DNA of 63,930 nucleotides, the filler included. It is 8 parts of 8 records of this genome, joined end to end, with 100 filler letters (N's around TTAATTAATTAA, not from the genome) between each part and the next. Parts side by side here need not be neighbours in the genome. Positions count along the whole stretch, not along the records: positions 13,077 to 19,787 come from SRR31156797_25654; positions 19,888 to 31,229 come from SRR31156797_25663; 6 more parts are not named here. One strand, given 5' to 3'. The notes beneath the pieces were generated by a model that was given only the letters and a program-made list of their open reading frames with translations, made no database searches and was not told where the DNA came from. A program made the position numbers and the translations under genes. Shown here one piece after another: positions 19,769 through 29,470 of this stretch; the stretch's first letter is position 1; the number at the start of each line of letters is the position of its first letter.

Positions 19769-20585
19769 CACTGTCTTGGCGGCTCCGNNNNNNNNNNNNN
19801 NNNNNNNNNNNNNNNNNNNNNNNNNNNNNNNTTAATTAATTAANNNNNNNNNNNNNNNNNNNNNNNNNNNNNNNNNNNNNNNNNNNNAGAAAAACATCGC
19901 CCAAACGGGGGAGAAACAACAAAAAAAGGACATTAATCAAGAGATTAAGAAGGATAGGACGATGTTTTTTGCCGCGAATAATTGACAGCCTGAAATACCG
20001 GGAAGGACAGTTCATAACAGGGTCATCACATTAAAACGCCTGACTTTTTTACAAAAAATGCAATTATTATCACTTACCTTGTTATAGAATTCATGCTAAA
20101 TATACCTGGCTTTATGCGATCAACAAACGGGGATTAAATATTTAAAAGAGAAATCTAAACTAATTATCAGGATGGGCAGAAAAACAATCGGAAACCATTG
20201 ATTTTGAGAAAGGCTAGTGGGGAAAATGACGGCCATTCACCGATCTTCAAAAAGGCTCGATCAATACCAATATTTGCATCTTGAAGCAAAAGAGGCACGG
20301 AGTGAGCAGGGCCACCCCATTGAAAAGCTGCTCCAGGCTTTTTTCTTTTATACAAAACTGATGAAATCAGCTCAAACCTATTCAATTATTGGGGGCATGC
20401 CGGAAATTGTTGAAAAACATTCCCCCCGGAAAGACATCATAGCAATCAACTATGTATTCGAAAGCCTAATCGTTTTTTATCTTGATGACCTTAAGGGAAC
20501 AATCTTATCGCAGGGCAGGATATTAGGGATGATTCGGTGTAAAACCCTGGGTTAGAATTTAAACGTTCGGAAACGGAGGGGTGTC

Positions 20586-22529
20586 ATGAGTGAAAACCAC
20601 AAAAAATGGCAGGAATATACCACCTTGGATTCCGTGGTGTCCATAGACGACTGGGACCGTCCGGTTCTCCAGATCCAGCAGGACCAGAAGCTTTGGGAAA
20701 GCGAACATTTCATGGAGCTGTATTTTGCCCAATGTGTGGAGGGCATTTGGTTCATGGAGGCAGAGGACCCCTTTCTCTGGGACGATAGCGTAGACAAGGA
20801 GAAAACCCTGGACTACGCTTTTTCCCGCCAGCACATTGTCCGGGTCAACGATGCCATGCTCCAGCAGTACAATGCAAGTCGAGACCAGTTCATAGGCCTG
20901 ACTCTGAATGATTTTTTCTGGCACGACCTGGAAAATGCCCGGAACATGTGGAGACGGATCTTTGACCACGGCAAGCTGACCTGCGAGACCAGTGAAAAAA
21001 GGTTTCTGGGGGACAATAAATTTGCCGGGGAAACCGTATGGCTTCTGGGAGATTATTTCTGCATCTACAACCAGGAGGGGAAAATGGTGGGGCATTTCGG
21101 CTCCCAGAGGGATATCACCTCCCGGAAACTGGCGGAGCAGGCCTTGAGCGAGAGTGAAGAGCGTTACCGGTTTCTGACTAAAAATGTGGCCGACGGTATT
21201 GCCGTGATCCTTGATGGAACCCTGGTTTTTGCCAATGATGCGTTGGTCCGGATGTTTGATCTGACAAGGGCCGAACAGCTGGAAGGCATGGACGTGTCCA
21301 AATTCATTGCTCCGGAATCCAGAGAGCGGTTCCGGAAAGATCTGGCATCCGTGCAGACAGAGACCCCTGCCGGAAACATTTTCCAGACCATCTGTATGAC
21401 CCGGGCAGGGGAAACATTCTGGGCGGAGATCAACAATGCCATCATCAACTGGAAAGGGGAGCAGGCCCTTTTGTGCACCATGAGAAATATCAACGAAAAG
21501 AAGATAAATGAGTTGAGGGTGCGACAACGGGCGGAAAACCTTCGCCAGCAGAACAAGCGCCTCAGGGCCAGTATCAAGGAGCGGTTCCGGTTCGGCAATA
21601 TCATCGGAAAAAGTTCGGCCATGCAACATGTCTATGAATTGATCATCCAGGCTGCAGATTCCGATGCCAATGTGGTGATCTATGGGGATTCCGGAACCGG
21701 TAAGGAATTGGTGGCCCGGGCTATTCACGAGGTCAGCTCCCGGAATGAAAAGGCCATTGTGCCGGTGAACTGCTATGCCATTTCCGATTCCCTTATGGAA
21801 AGTGAATTCTTCGGCTATTGCAAAGGGGCCTTTACCGGAGCCTATATGGATAAGCCCGGCTACCTGGACCGGGCCGACGGCGGGGTTCTGTTCCTGGACG
21901 AGGTCGGGGACCTGGATCTGGTCATGCAGGGGAAACTGCTCAGGGCCATTGAGGGAGGCGGTTATACCCCTGTGGGCAGCCAGGAGGTCTGCCATTCGGA
22001 TTTCCGAATCATTGCCGCCACGAATAAAGACATGACCCTGGCCGTGAAAAAGGGTATTGTTCGGGAGGACTTTTTCTACCGGATCCACGTGCTCAACATT
22101 ACCCTGCCTCCCCTTCGGGAGCGAAAAGAGGACATCCTTTTGCTGGTGGAGCATTTTCTCACCCTGTTCCAGGGGGAAGGAAAGAGCCGGGTCATCCCGG
22201 GCCATGTGAGTGATGCACTCATTAATTACGACTGGCCCGGTAATGTCCGGGAACTACAGAATGTGCTTCACCGATATATTACCGTGGGAAAGCTTGGCCT
22301 GGCGGGCCGGCAGGCCCCGAACCCGGGCAAAGGGGCTCTGGAATCCTCCTTTTTCTCCATCAAGCCGGCAGAAACCTACAGGGACACCCTGGACCGGTTT
22401 GAAAAACAATTGATTATAGAGGCTCTGGACAAGGCTCGATGGAACCGGAGTGAAGTTTCACGGGCGCTTGGGATCCCCCGACGGACCCTGTACCAAAAGA
22501 TGAAGCGGTTCAGACTGACATCTACCTGA
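20586..22529 (+). CDS. Sigma54-dependent activator (PAS domains, AAA+, Fis HTH)
   Basis: GDSGTGKE, GAFTGA, LFLDEVGD, WPGNVRELQN and a C-terminal HTH. Confidence 0.93.
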   Translation: MSENHKKWQEYTTLDSVVSIDDWDRPVLQIQQDQKLWESEHFMELYFAQCVEGIWFMEAEDPFLWDDSVDKEKTLDYAFSRQHIVRVNDAMLQQYNASRDQFIGLTLNDFFWHDLENARNMWRRIFDHGKLTCETSEKRFLGDNKFAGETVWLLGDYFCIYNQEGKMVGHFGSQRDITSRKLAEQALSESEERYRFLTKNVADGIAVILDGTLVFANDALVRMFDLTRAEQLEGMDVSKFIAPESRERFRKDLASVQTETPAGNIFQTICMTRAGETFWAEINNAIINWKGEQALLCTMRNINEKKINELRVRQRAENLRQQNKRLRASIKERFRFGNIIGKSSAMQHVYELIIQAADSDANVVIYGDSGTGKELVARAIHEVSSRNEKAIVPVNCYAISDSLMESEFFGYCKGAFTGAYMDKPGYLDRADGGVLFLDEVGDLDLVMQGKLLRAIEGGGYTPVGSQEVCHSDFRIIAATNKDMTLAVKKGIVREDFFYRIHVLNITLPPLRERKEDILLLVEHFLTLFQGEGKSRVIPGHVSDALINYDWPGNVRELQNVLHRYITVGKLGLAGRQAPNPGKGALESSFFSIKPAETYRDTLDRFEKQLIIEALDKARWNRSEVSRALGIPRRTLYQKMKRFRLTST

Positions 22530-22553
22530 TCCGATCTCAGTCTCCGGGCCAGG

Positions 22554-22654
22554 TCCGCCCGATATGGGCAAATATTGCCCATATCGGGCGGAGAACCTTT
22601 CCGAATAAGGGTTATCACCTGGGTCCGGCATGAAATTGGGCGAAAACTGCCCAA
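22554..22654. promoter_or_regulatory. Putative enhancer (UAS) sites, TGGGC-N7-GCCCA x2
   Basis: Perfect 18-bp inverted repeat at 22554-22592 centred on TGGGCAAATATTGCCCA; second copy TTGGGCGAAAACTGCCCAA at 22636-22654. Confidence 0.6.
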
Positions 22655-22743
22655 CTTCTCTTTCCTCTCTTTTTTCGTAAAATCCCTGTACAACAAAAAA
22701 AATACCCTGAATATCCGGCACTTTACAAAAAAGCAAACCGTGA

Positions 22744-22758
22744 CGGCACGCTCATTGC
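22744..22758 (+). promoter_or_regulatory. Sigma54 -24/-12 promoter
   Basis: CGGCACGCTCATTGC fits YGGCACG-N4-TTGC with exact GG-N10-GC spacing. Confidence 0.8.
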
Positions 22759-22890
22759 CCTTATTACCCTGGCAGATGAAGAATAAATACAGGTGGTTAA
22801 CAGCCTCGTTTTCATCTGCTGGATACTGCCGGGCAGCTGCATCATCCGTTGCCGACATTGTTTTTAACCCCATCATTGAGGAGACTTTCG

Positions 22891-24294
22891 ATGAGTCAAG
22901 AGAAAACCGTATACCCGTACATTCCCAATTCCGTACCTGAAATACAGGCCCAGATGCTCAAAGAGATCAAACGGGACGATATCATGGACCTCTACGAAGA
23001 GATTCCCGAGCATCTCAAGTTCAAAGGCACCATGGACCTGCCCGATCCCATCCTTGACGAATACGGCATCCGCCGCCACGTAGAAGGGCTGCTGAAAAAA
23101 AACAGAAACTGCAACGATTACCTGAGCTTCCTGGGTGCCGGCTGCGCCATGCATTTTATTCCGGCGGTCTGCGATGAAATCAACGGCCGGGGAGAATTCC
23201 TCACCGCTTATGTGGGGGAATCCTATGCCGACCACGGAAAGTGGCAAGCCCTGTTTGAATATGCCAGCAACATGGGTGAACTCCTGGACATGGATGTACT
23301 CTCCTGCCCGGTATACGACGGCCACCATGCCGCAGCCAGGGCCCTGAGAATGGCCTCCCGGGCATGCAAACGCAAGGAAATCCTCATGCCCGGATCAGTT
23401 TCCCCGGACGGCCTTCTGGTCATTAAAAATTATCTCAACGGTGTGGGGCAGCCCGATTTGCCCATTACCTTTATCGATTACGATGCCGCCACCGGCCTCA
23501 TGGATATCCAGGACCTTGGGTCCAAAATTTCGGACAAAACCGCTGCCGTATTCATTGAAAATCCTTGCTATCTGGGCATGCTGGAAACCCAGGCCGAAAA
23601 AATCGGTGAGATCGCCAAGGCTGCCGGAGCTGAATTCGTCGTAAAGACAGATCCCATCTCCTGCGGCGTCATTGCTCCCCCTGCCCATTACGGTGCCACC
23701 CTGGCCTGCGGCGATTCCCAGTCCTTAGGGATTCACATGCAGTGCGGCGGCGGCCAGACCGGATTCATCGCAAGCCATGATGAGATGAAATACGTGAGCG
23801 AATTCACCGACCTCATGTTCGGCATCACCGATACGGTCAAGGAAGGTGAATACGGTTTCGGCGAAGTCCTGTTTGACCGGACCTCCTACGGATCCCGGGA
23901 AAAGGGAAATGAATTTACCGGCACCACCACGGGCCTTTGGGCCGTTACCGCCGGCGCCTACCTGGCCCTCATGGGACCCAGGGGCATGGAAGAGGTGGGA
24001 CGGACCATCATGCAGAATTCCGCCTATGCCGCCAAAAAAATCGGAGAGATCAACGGCGTGGAAATCCAGTTTCCCACCCCCTTCTTCAAGGAATTTGTCG
24101 TGAACTTTGACAAAACCTGCAAAACCGTGGCCGAAATCAACAAGACCCTGCTGGCATCCAAAATATTCGGCGGCAAAGATCTTTCGTTTGAATTCCCCGA
24201 CCTGGGCCAGAGCGCCCTTTTCTGCGTCACGGAAGTCATGAGCAGCCAGGATATCGACAAATTGGTCTATGCCCTCAAAGGCGCCGTCAATTAA
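22891..24294 (+). CDS. gcvPA: Glycine dehydrogenase (decarboxylating) subunit 1-like protein, divergent
   Basis: YPYIPNS start, SFLGAG, GEFLTAY, FFKEFVV and ALFCVTE motifs; GAGGAG RBS. Confidence 0.85.
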   Translation: MSQEKTVYPYIPNSVPEIQAQMLKEIKRDDIMDLYEEIPEHLKFKGTMDLPDPILDEYGIRRHVEGLLKKNRNCNDYLSFLGAGCAMHFIPAVCDEINGRGEFLTAYVGESYADHGKWQALFEYASNMGELLDMDVLSCPVYDGHHAAARALRMASRACKRKEILMPGSVSPDGLLVIKNYLNGVGQPDLPITFIDYDAATGLMDIQDLGSKISDKTAAVFIENPCYLGMLETQAEKIGEIAKAAGAEFVVKTDPISCGVIAPPAHYGATLACGDSQSLGIHMQCGGGQTGFIASHDEMKYVSEFTDLMFGITDTVKEGEYGFGEVLFDRTSYGSREKGNEFTGTTTGLWAVTAGAYLALMGPRGMEEVGRTIMQNSAYAAKKIGEINGVEIQFPTPFFKEFVVNFDKTCKTVAEINKTLLASKIFGGKDLSFEFPDLGQSALFCVTEVMSSQDIDKLVYALKGAVN

Positions 24295-24337
24295 TTTTGA
24301 TCCTCAATCAGTCAATTAGAAAAAAGGAGTTAATATC

Positions 24338-25900
24338 ATGGCCAGAGATTCAAAAACATTGTTGCGGAAATTTCACCAGGCAAGATGGGATGAACAGATT
24401 ATTTATGAAATGAGTGTTCCCGGCGAACGCGGGGTTCTGGTACCCAGGGCAGATGCCGTTGTTGAAAAGGAAGTGGGCAACGGCGCAGACCTGGTTCCCC
24501 AGGGCCTGGCCAGGAAAACCCCTGCCGCCCTTCCCGAAGTCAGCCAGATGCGGGTGAACCGCCACTACCTCCACCTGTCCCAGGAGACCCTGGGCACCGA
24601 CGTCAACATCGACATCAGCCAGGGCACCTGCACCATGAAATACAGTCCCAAAGTCCAGGAGCATATGGCTGCCCGGAATCCCGATATCACCGAGGTCCAT
24701 CCCCTTCAGGATACCGACACCCTCCAGGGCATCCTGGAAATTTATTATAAGCTGGCCGGGTTCCTCAAGGAGATCTCCGGGCTGGACGAGTTCAGCCTCC
24801 AGCCCGGCGGCGGCGCCCACGGCGTATTCGCCAATGCCTCAATCGTCCGCGCCTATCATCAGTCCAGGGGAGAGGACAAGCGGGATGAAATCATCACCAC
24901 CATGTTCTCCCATCCCTGCGATGCCGCGACCCCGGCCACTGCCGGATACAAGGTCATTACCCTGATGCCCGACGAAAACGGATATCCTGACCTGGAAGCC
25001 ATGAAAGCGGCCCTGAGCGAAAGAACCGCCGGCATTTTCATCACCAACCCTGAAGATACGGGCATCTACAACCCCAGGATCGAAGAGTATGTGAATGCCG
25101 CCCATTCCGTGGGGGCGCTCTGCTCCTATGACCAGGCCAATGCCAACGGCATGCTGGGCATTGCAAGGGCAAGGGAAGCCGGATTCGACCTCTGCCATTT
25201 CAACGTCCACAAGACCTTTTCCACCCCCCACGGCTGCATGGGGCCGGCCATGGGCGCCATCGGCGTCCGGGAACACCTTAAACCCTTCCTGCCGGTACCC
25301 CGGGTGGAATTTGACGGGAAAAAATACTTCCTGAACGCCAACCATCCCGATTCCATCGGCAAGGTCCGGGCCTTTTTCGGCAATGCCACCGTGGCCCTTA
25401 AAGCCTATGCCTGGATCATGCAACACGGTGCAGAAGGCCTCAAAGAGGTGGCCAGGGTCTCTGTTCTCAACTCCAACTACATGGAAAAGAAACTGAGGGA
25501 GGTGAAGGGGGTCAAGGTCTGGTACGCCGAAGGCAAGACCCGCCTGGAACAGGTGCGCTACTGCTGGGAAACCCTCAAGGAGGAGACCGGCGTGGGCACC
25601 GACGATGTTATGCGCCGCATGGGCGATTACGGGCTCCAGCACTATTGGACCAGCCACCATCCCTGGGTGGTGCCCGAGCCCTTTACCCTGGAACCCTGCG
25701 AATCCTATTCCAAGGATGACATTGACGAATATGTGGCGGTATTGAAAAAGATTTCCGAAGAAGCCTATGAAAATCCGGAAATGGTCAGGAACGCCCCCTA
25801 TAACCTGCCTGTCCACAGGGTCCCGGCCCCGGAAATTGACGAACCGGAACGGATTGCCGTTACCTGGCGCCAATACATGAAGAAAAAAGGCCTGAAATAG
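24338..25900 (+). CDS. gcvPB: Glycine dehydrogenase (decarboxylating) subunit 2-like protein, divergent, PLP lysine present
   Basis: LPEVSQ, GTCTMKYSP, LQPGGGAHG and HKTFSTPHG motifs. Confidence 0.87.
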   Translation: MARDSKTLLRKFHQARWDEQIIYEMSVPGERGVLVPRADAVVEKEVGNGADLVPQGLARKTPAALPEVSQMRVNRHYLHLSQETLGTDVNIDISQGTCTMKYSPKVQEHMAARNPDITEVHPLQDTDTLQGILEIYYKLAGFLKEISGLDEFSLQPGGGAHGVFANASIVRAYHQSRGEDKRDEIITTMFSHPCDAATPATAGYKVITLMPDENGYPDLEAMKAALSERTAGIFITNPEDTGIYNPRIEEYVNAAHSVGALCSYDQANANGMLGIARAREAGFDLCHFNVHKTFSTPHGCMGPAMGAIGVREHLKPFLPVPRVEFDGKKYFLNANHPDSIGKVRAFFGNATVALKAYAWIMQHGAEGLKEVARVSVLNSNYMEKKLREVKGVKVWYAEGKTRLEQVRYCWETLKEETGVGTDDVMRRMGDYGLQHYWTSHHPWVVPEPFTLEPCESYSKDDIDEYVAVLKKISEEAYENPEMVRNAPYNLPVHRVPAPEIDEPERIAVTWRQYMKKKGLK

Positions 25901-25970
25901 TTTACCTCCGGGCAGGGTTCCGGCTGCTTGCCGGGCCCTGCCCTAACCCTTTAGCCAATGCAGGTAAGGT

Positions 25971-27089
25971 ATGAAGAAATTAGGTGTAATCGTCAATCCC
26001 GTAGCCGGCATGGGCGGCCGGGTCGGACTCAAGGGCAGCGACGGGGAAAAGATTCTTGAAAAAGCCATTGCCTTGGGGGCCAGGCCCGAGTCTCCGGGAC
26101 GGGCCGTGACCGCCCTCAAAGTTGTGGCCAGCATCAAAATCCCCTTGGAAATCCTGACCTATCCCGGTCCCATGGGCGAGGAAGAATGCCGGGAGGCAGG
26201 GCTTTCCCCACGGGTCATCGGTTCCATTGAACCGGGCCGGACCACCCCCGAAGACACCCTGCGGGCAGCCAGGGAAATGGCAGATGCCGGTGTGGATCTT
26301 CTCCTGTTTGCCGGCGGCGACGGCACGGCCCGCAACATTTATAACGCCGTAGGCGAAGACATTCCCGTCCTGGGGGTGCCTGCCGGTGTCAAAATACACT
26401 CTGCCGTCTATGCCGTGAATCCCAAAAGCGCCGGCCAGGCAGCGGTCCTGTTCCTGGAAAGAAAAAAAATGAATATCCGCTCCTCCGAGGTTATGGACAT
26501 TGACGAGGATGCGTTTCGGGAGGGCCGGGTCACGGCCCGGCTCTTCGGTTACATGAAGGTACCCGAAGAGCCCCGTTTCGTCCAGAGCGTCAAATCCGGA
26601 GGGGCCAAGGCGGAAAAAGAAATCCTGGCCGGTATTGCCGAAGACATCGTGGACGATATGGCCGATGACGACAGCCTTTTCATCATCGGCCCCGGCACCA
26701 CCACCCGGTCCATCATGGAATACCTGGGCCTGGACAACACCCTTCTGGGGGTGGATGTGATCCAAAACCGCAGGGTCGTGGCCCGGGATGTCTATGAACA
26801 GCAGCTCTGGGACCTGATCCGGGACAAAAAGACCAAGGTGGTGCTCACCATTATCGGCGGCCAGGGGCACCTCTTCGGCCGGGGCAACCAACAGCTCAGC
26901 CCCCGGATCATCCGGGAAATCGGCCGGGAAAATATCCGGGTCATCGCCACCAAGGAAAAGCTCATTGCATTGAACGGCCGGCCCCTTCTGGTGGATACCG
27001 GGGATGAATCCCTGAACACCGGTTTGGCCGGATTTGTAAAGGTCACCACCGGGTATGAGGATTATACCATGTGCCGGGTGGGGCAATAA
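25971..27089 (+). CDS. ATP-NAD kinase / AcoX-like family protein
   Basis: VNPVAGMGG, GGDGTAR, GVKIHSAV and FGRGNQQ motifs. Confidence 0.85.
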   Translation: MKKLGVIVNPVAGMGGRVGLKGSDGEKILEKAIALGARPESPGRAVTALKVVASIKIPLEILTYPGPMGEEECREAGLSPRVIGSIEPGRTTPEDTLRAAREMADAGVDLLLFAGGDGTARNIYNAVGEDIPVLGVPAGVKIHSAVYAVNPKSAGQAAVLFLERKKMNIRSSEVMDIDEDAFREGRVTARLFGYMKVPEEPRFVQSVKSGGAKAEKEILAGIAEDIVDDMADDDSLFIIGPGTTTRSIMEYLGLDNTLLGVDVIQNRRVVARDVYEQQLWDLIRDKKTKVVLTIIGGQGHLFGRGNQQLSPRIIREIGRENIRVIATKEKLIALNGRPLLVDTGDESLNTGLAGFVKVTTGYEDYTMCRVGQ

Positions 27090-27152
27090 TCCGCGACAGG
27101 GCAGGTCCCTTAAAGCGTGAAGAAAAAGATGCCAGAAAAGAGAGGTGCAGCC

Positions 27153-27707
27153 ATGGATAAAAAAAGCATCCGACAGATTTTGTCTGATTCGAAAAATGCC
27201 ATAAAACAGCTTTTGGATACTGCAGGTCTTGCCCCCGGAACACTGGTGGTGGTGGGCTGCTCCACCAGTGAGGTGGGCGGCAGCCGCATCGGCACAGCCT
27301 CGGTAAAAGAGACGGCCGACGCCATCATCCAGGGCATCTGTCCGGTTCTTGAGGAAAACGGGATGTTTCTTGCGGCCCAATGCTGTGAACACCTGAACCG
27401 GGCCCTGATCATCGAATCCGGAGTGGCCGAGGCCAGGGGGTATGAACCGGTGTCAGTGGTTCCCCAGATCAAAGCCGGAGGGGCCTTTTCCACCGGGGTA
27501 TATGAACGGATGAAGGCACCGGTTGCCGTGGAATCGGTTATGGCGGACGCGGGTATGGACATCGGGGATACCCTGATCGGCATGCACATCCGGCCCATTG
27601 CCGTTCCCGTCAGGATCCAGGTTGCCCGGATCGGCCGGGCCCATGTTACCGCGGCCCGGTACCGGCCCAAACTCATCGGCGGGAAGCGGAGCATATACCC
27701 GGGATAA
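27153..27707 (+). CDS. TIGR01440 / DUF436 (YwlG-like) protein
   Basis: VGCSTSEV, QCCEHLNRAL, DIGDTLIGMH and RPKLIGG motifs. Confidence 0.88.
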   Translation: MDKKSIRQILSDSKNAIKQLLDTAGLAPGTLVVVGCSTSEVGGSRIGTASVKETADAIIQGICPVLEENGMFLAAQCCEHLNRALIIESGVAEARGYEPVSVVPQIKAGGAFSTGVYERMKAPVAVESVMADAGMDIGDTLIGMHIRPIAVPVRIQVARIGRAHVTAARYRPKLIGGKRSIYPG

Positions 27708-27864
27708 TGTTTCATGGACACGTATACCAGCGGCCCGGTAAACATGCCTGACTTTAGAGGCCTCCCGAACGGAGCACCCGCACCCGGCCGGGATCAGTCA
27801 CTGACGGGCAGACATCTTACCGGGACCTTTTTTATTAAATGCTTAACCCATTAGGAGATCCAAT

Positions 27865-29313
27865 ATGGAGGAACAAGCCATCGTTAAAGAAGCAAACGAA
27901 GAATTGGAAGGTGCAGGAAAACTGAAAAAATCCCTCAAATTGCTTTACGTCTATGCCCTGGCAACCGGGGCAATCCTGACATTTATCGGATACTGGGACG
28001 GGGTGTTTCTTTCGGTTGCCGGACCGGCAACATTTTTCTCCTTTCTGCTCATGACCATCCTGGTCCTTCCCATTGCCTTTGTCTATTGCGAATTGTCTGC
28101 CATGCTGCCCCATACCGGGGCGGAGCTGGTGTACAACACAGTCGGCATCAGCAAACATGCCGGTTTTTTGTCCACCTGGCTGATACTGGCGGCCTGGATC
28201 GCCGTACCGCCGGCTGCGGTCATGGGGATTTTGGACTGGATCAACCATCTGTTCAGTCTGAACATGAGTTTCCAGACCACGGTCATCCTGGGATCCATAA
28301 TCCTGGTCCTCTACTGCATGTTGTCCATGTATGAGATTAATATTGCCGGCGGTATCCAAACCTTAATGCTCTTTGCAGCCCTGTTCGGGGTCACCCTCAC
28401 CGGGGTGCTGTTTTTAATGTCCGACCAGTGGAGCTGGGCCAATTTCACTCCCTTTTTCCGGTCAGCCTGCAACGGCGGCGGAGCCACCGGCGAAGGCGGG
28501 ATGATGGGATGGATCATCGGTACCGCCCTCATTGTGACCCCTTACTTCGGGTTTGAAACCGTTCCCCAGATGGTGGAAGAAGGCACCTTTCCCATCAAGG
28601 ACCAGTCCAAGGCCATTCTTGGCTCCGTGCTCACCTGCGGTGCCCTGTACATATTCTTTTTCTTCTGCCTGGCCGGTATGGGCCCCTGGGAAGAACTCAC
28701 CGAAGCCGGCAGTTCAGCCCCCTTTGTGGCCATTAAAATCCTTGAAAATCAGTTCGAGTGGGCTGCCTATGCGGTATTCTTCGGCATCACCTCGGTATTT
28801 TTCACCATCTCCACCTGCCTGCTGGGATTCTGGATATCCTCGGTGAGAATGCTCTATGCCATGGGCCGCCAGAATTTCCTGCCCAAGGCCTTTGCCAAGA
28901 CCAACAAACATTCCCAGCCCATCGTGCCCAACATCCTGATCCTGGTCATCAGCCTGGTATCCCTCTACCTGATGAACGCCTCCACCTATCTCCAGGATTT
29001 TTACTCCCTGATGGCCTTTGCCTGCGCAGCGGCCTATACCATCACCATGATTTCGTCCATCCGCATGGCTGCCAAACACCCGGAGTGGGAACGCCCCTAT
29101 AGACTGAAAGGCGGGCAGGGTTTCAGGTTCATGGCCATGATCGTGGCCATTCTCATTGCAATCGGATGCACCCTGGGACAGGGATGGGGGGCATGGAAGA
29201 GCCTGTTCTTCTACCTTGGCATCGGCGGTGTGCTCTGGCTGTGGATGATCGTCGCCAAATGGCCCAACTCTCCGGTATGGATGATGACGCCCGAGGGTAA
29301 AAAAGAATTCTGA
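27865..29313 (+). CDS. APC-family amino acid permease
   Basis: About 12 TMs; ELSAMLPHTG, YFGFETV, RMLYAMGR and ERPYRL motifs. Confidence 0.9.
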   Translation: MEEQAIVKEANEELEGAGKLKKSLKLLYVYALATGAILTFIGYWDGVFLSVAGPATFFSFLLMTILVLPIAFVYCELSAMLPHTGAELVYNTVGISKHAGFLSTWLILAAWIAVPPAAVMGILDWINHLFSLNMSFQTTVILGSIILVLYCMLSMYEINIAGGIQTLMLFAALFGVTLTGVLFLMSDQWSWANFTPFFRSACNGGGATGEGGMMGWIIGTALIVTPYFGFETVPQMVEEGTFPIKDQSKAILGSVLTCGALYIFFFFCLAGMGPWEELTEAGSSAPFVAIKILENQFEWAAYAVFFGITSVFFTISTCLLGFWISSVRMLYAMGRQNFLPKAFAKTNKHSQPIVPNILILVISLVSLYLMNASTYLQDFYSLMAFACAAAYTITMISSIRMAAKHPEWERPYRLKGGQGFRFMAMIVAILIAIGCTLGQGWGAWKSLFFYLGIGGVLWLWMIVAKWPNSPVWMMTPEGKKEF

Positions 29314-29470
29314 TCCGAAAAAAACTATTATCCTTGGTTGCCCATGGGTCCGGCAGCCCGGAATCGAAGAATCACTCTGTTTCCCCTGCCGGATCCACCC
29401 GCCAGTCCCCGGCCCGTTCCTGGGCCGGGGACCTTTCAAAAAATTACAGGTTTCCAAAGAGGAATTCCCC

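Noticed and set aside
20167-20555. Small ORFs upstream of the sigma54 activator
   Set aside because: No motifs and no convincing RBS; probably non-coding.
20559-22205. 548-aa minus-strand ORF
   Set aside because: Antisense shadow of the sigma54 activator; typical of GC-rich coding sequence and without recognisable motifs.
22760-22890. Glycine riboswitch upstream of the gcvP-like genes
   Set aside because: The conserved GGAGA / CCGAAG / CUCUCAGG elements are not present.
24839-27745. Long minus-strand ORFs (344, 470 and 211 aa)
   Set aside because: Antisense shadows of gcvPB, the kinase and the YwlG-like gene.
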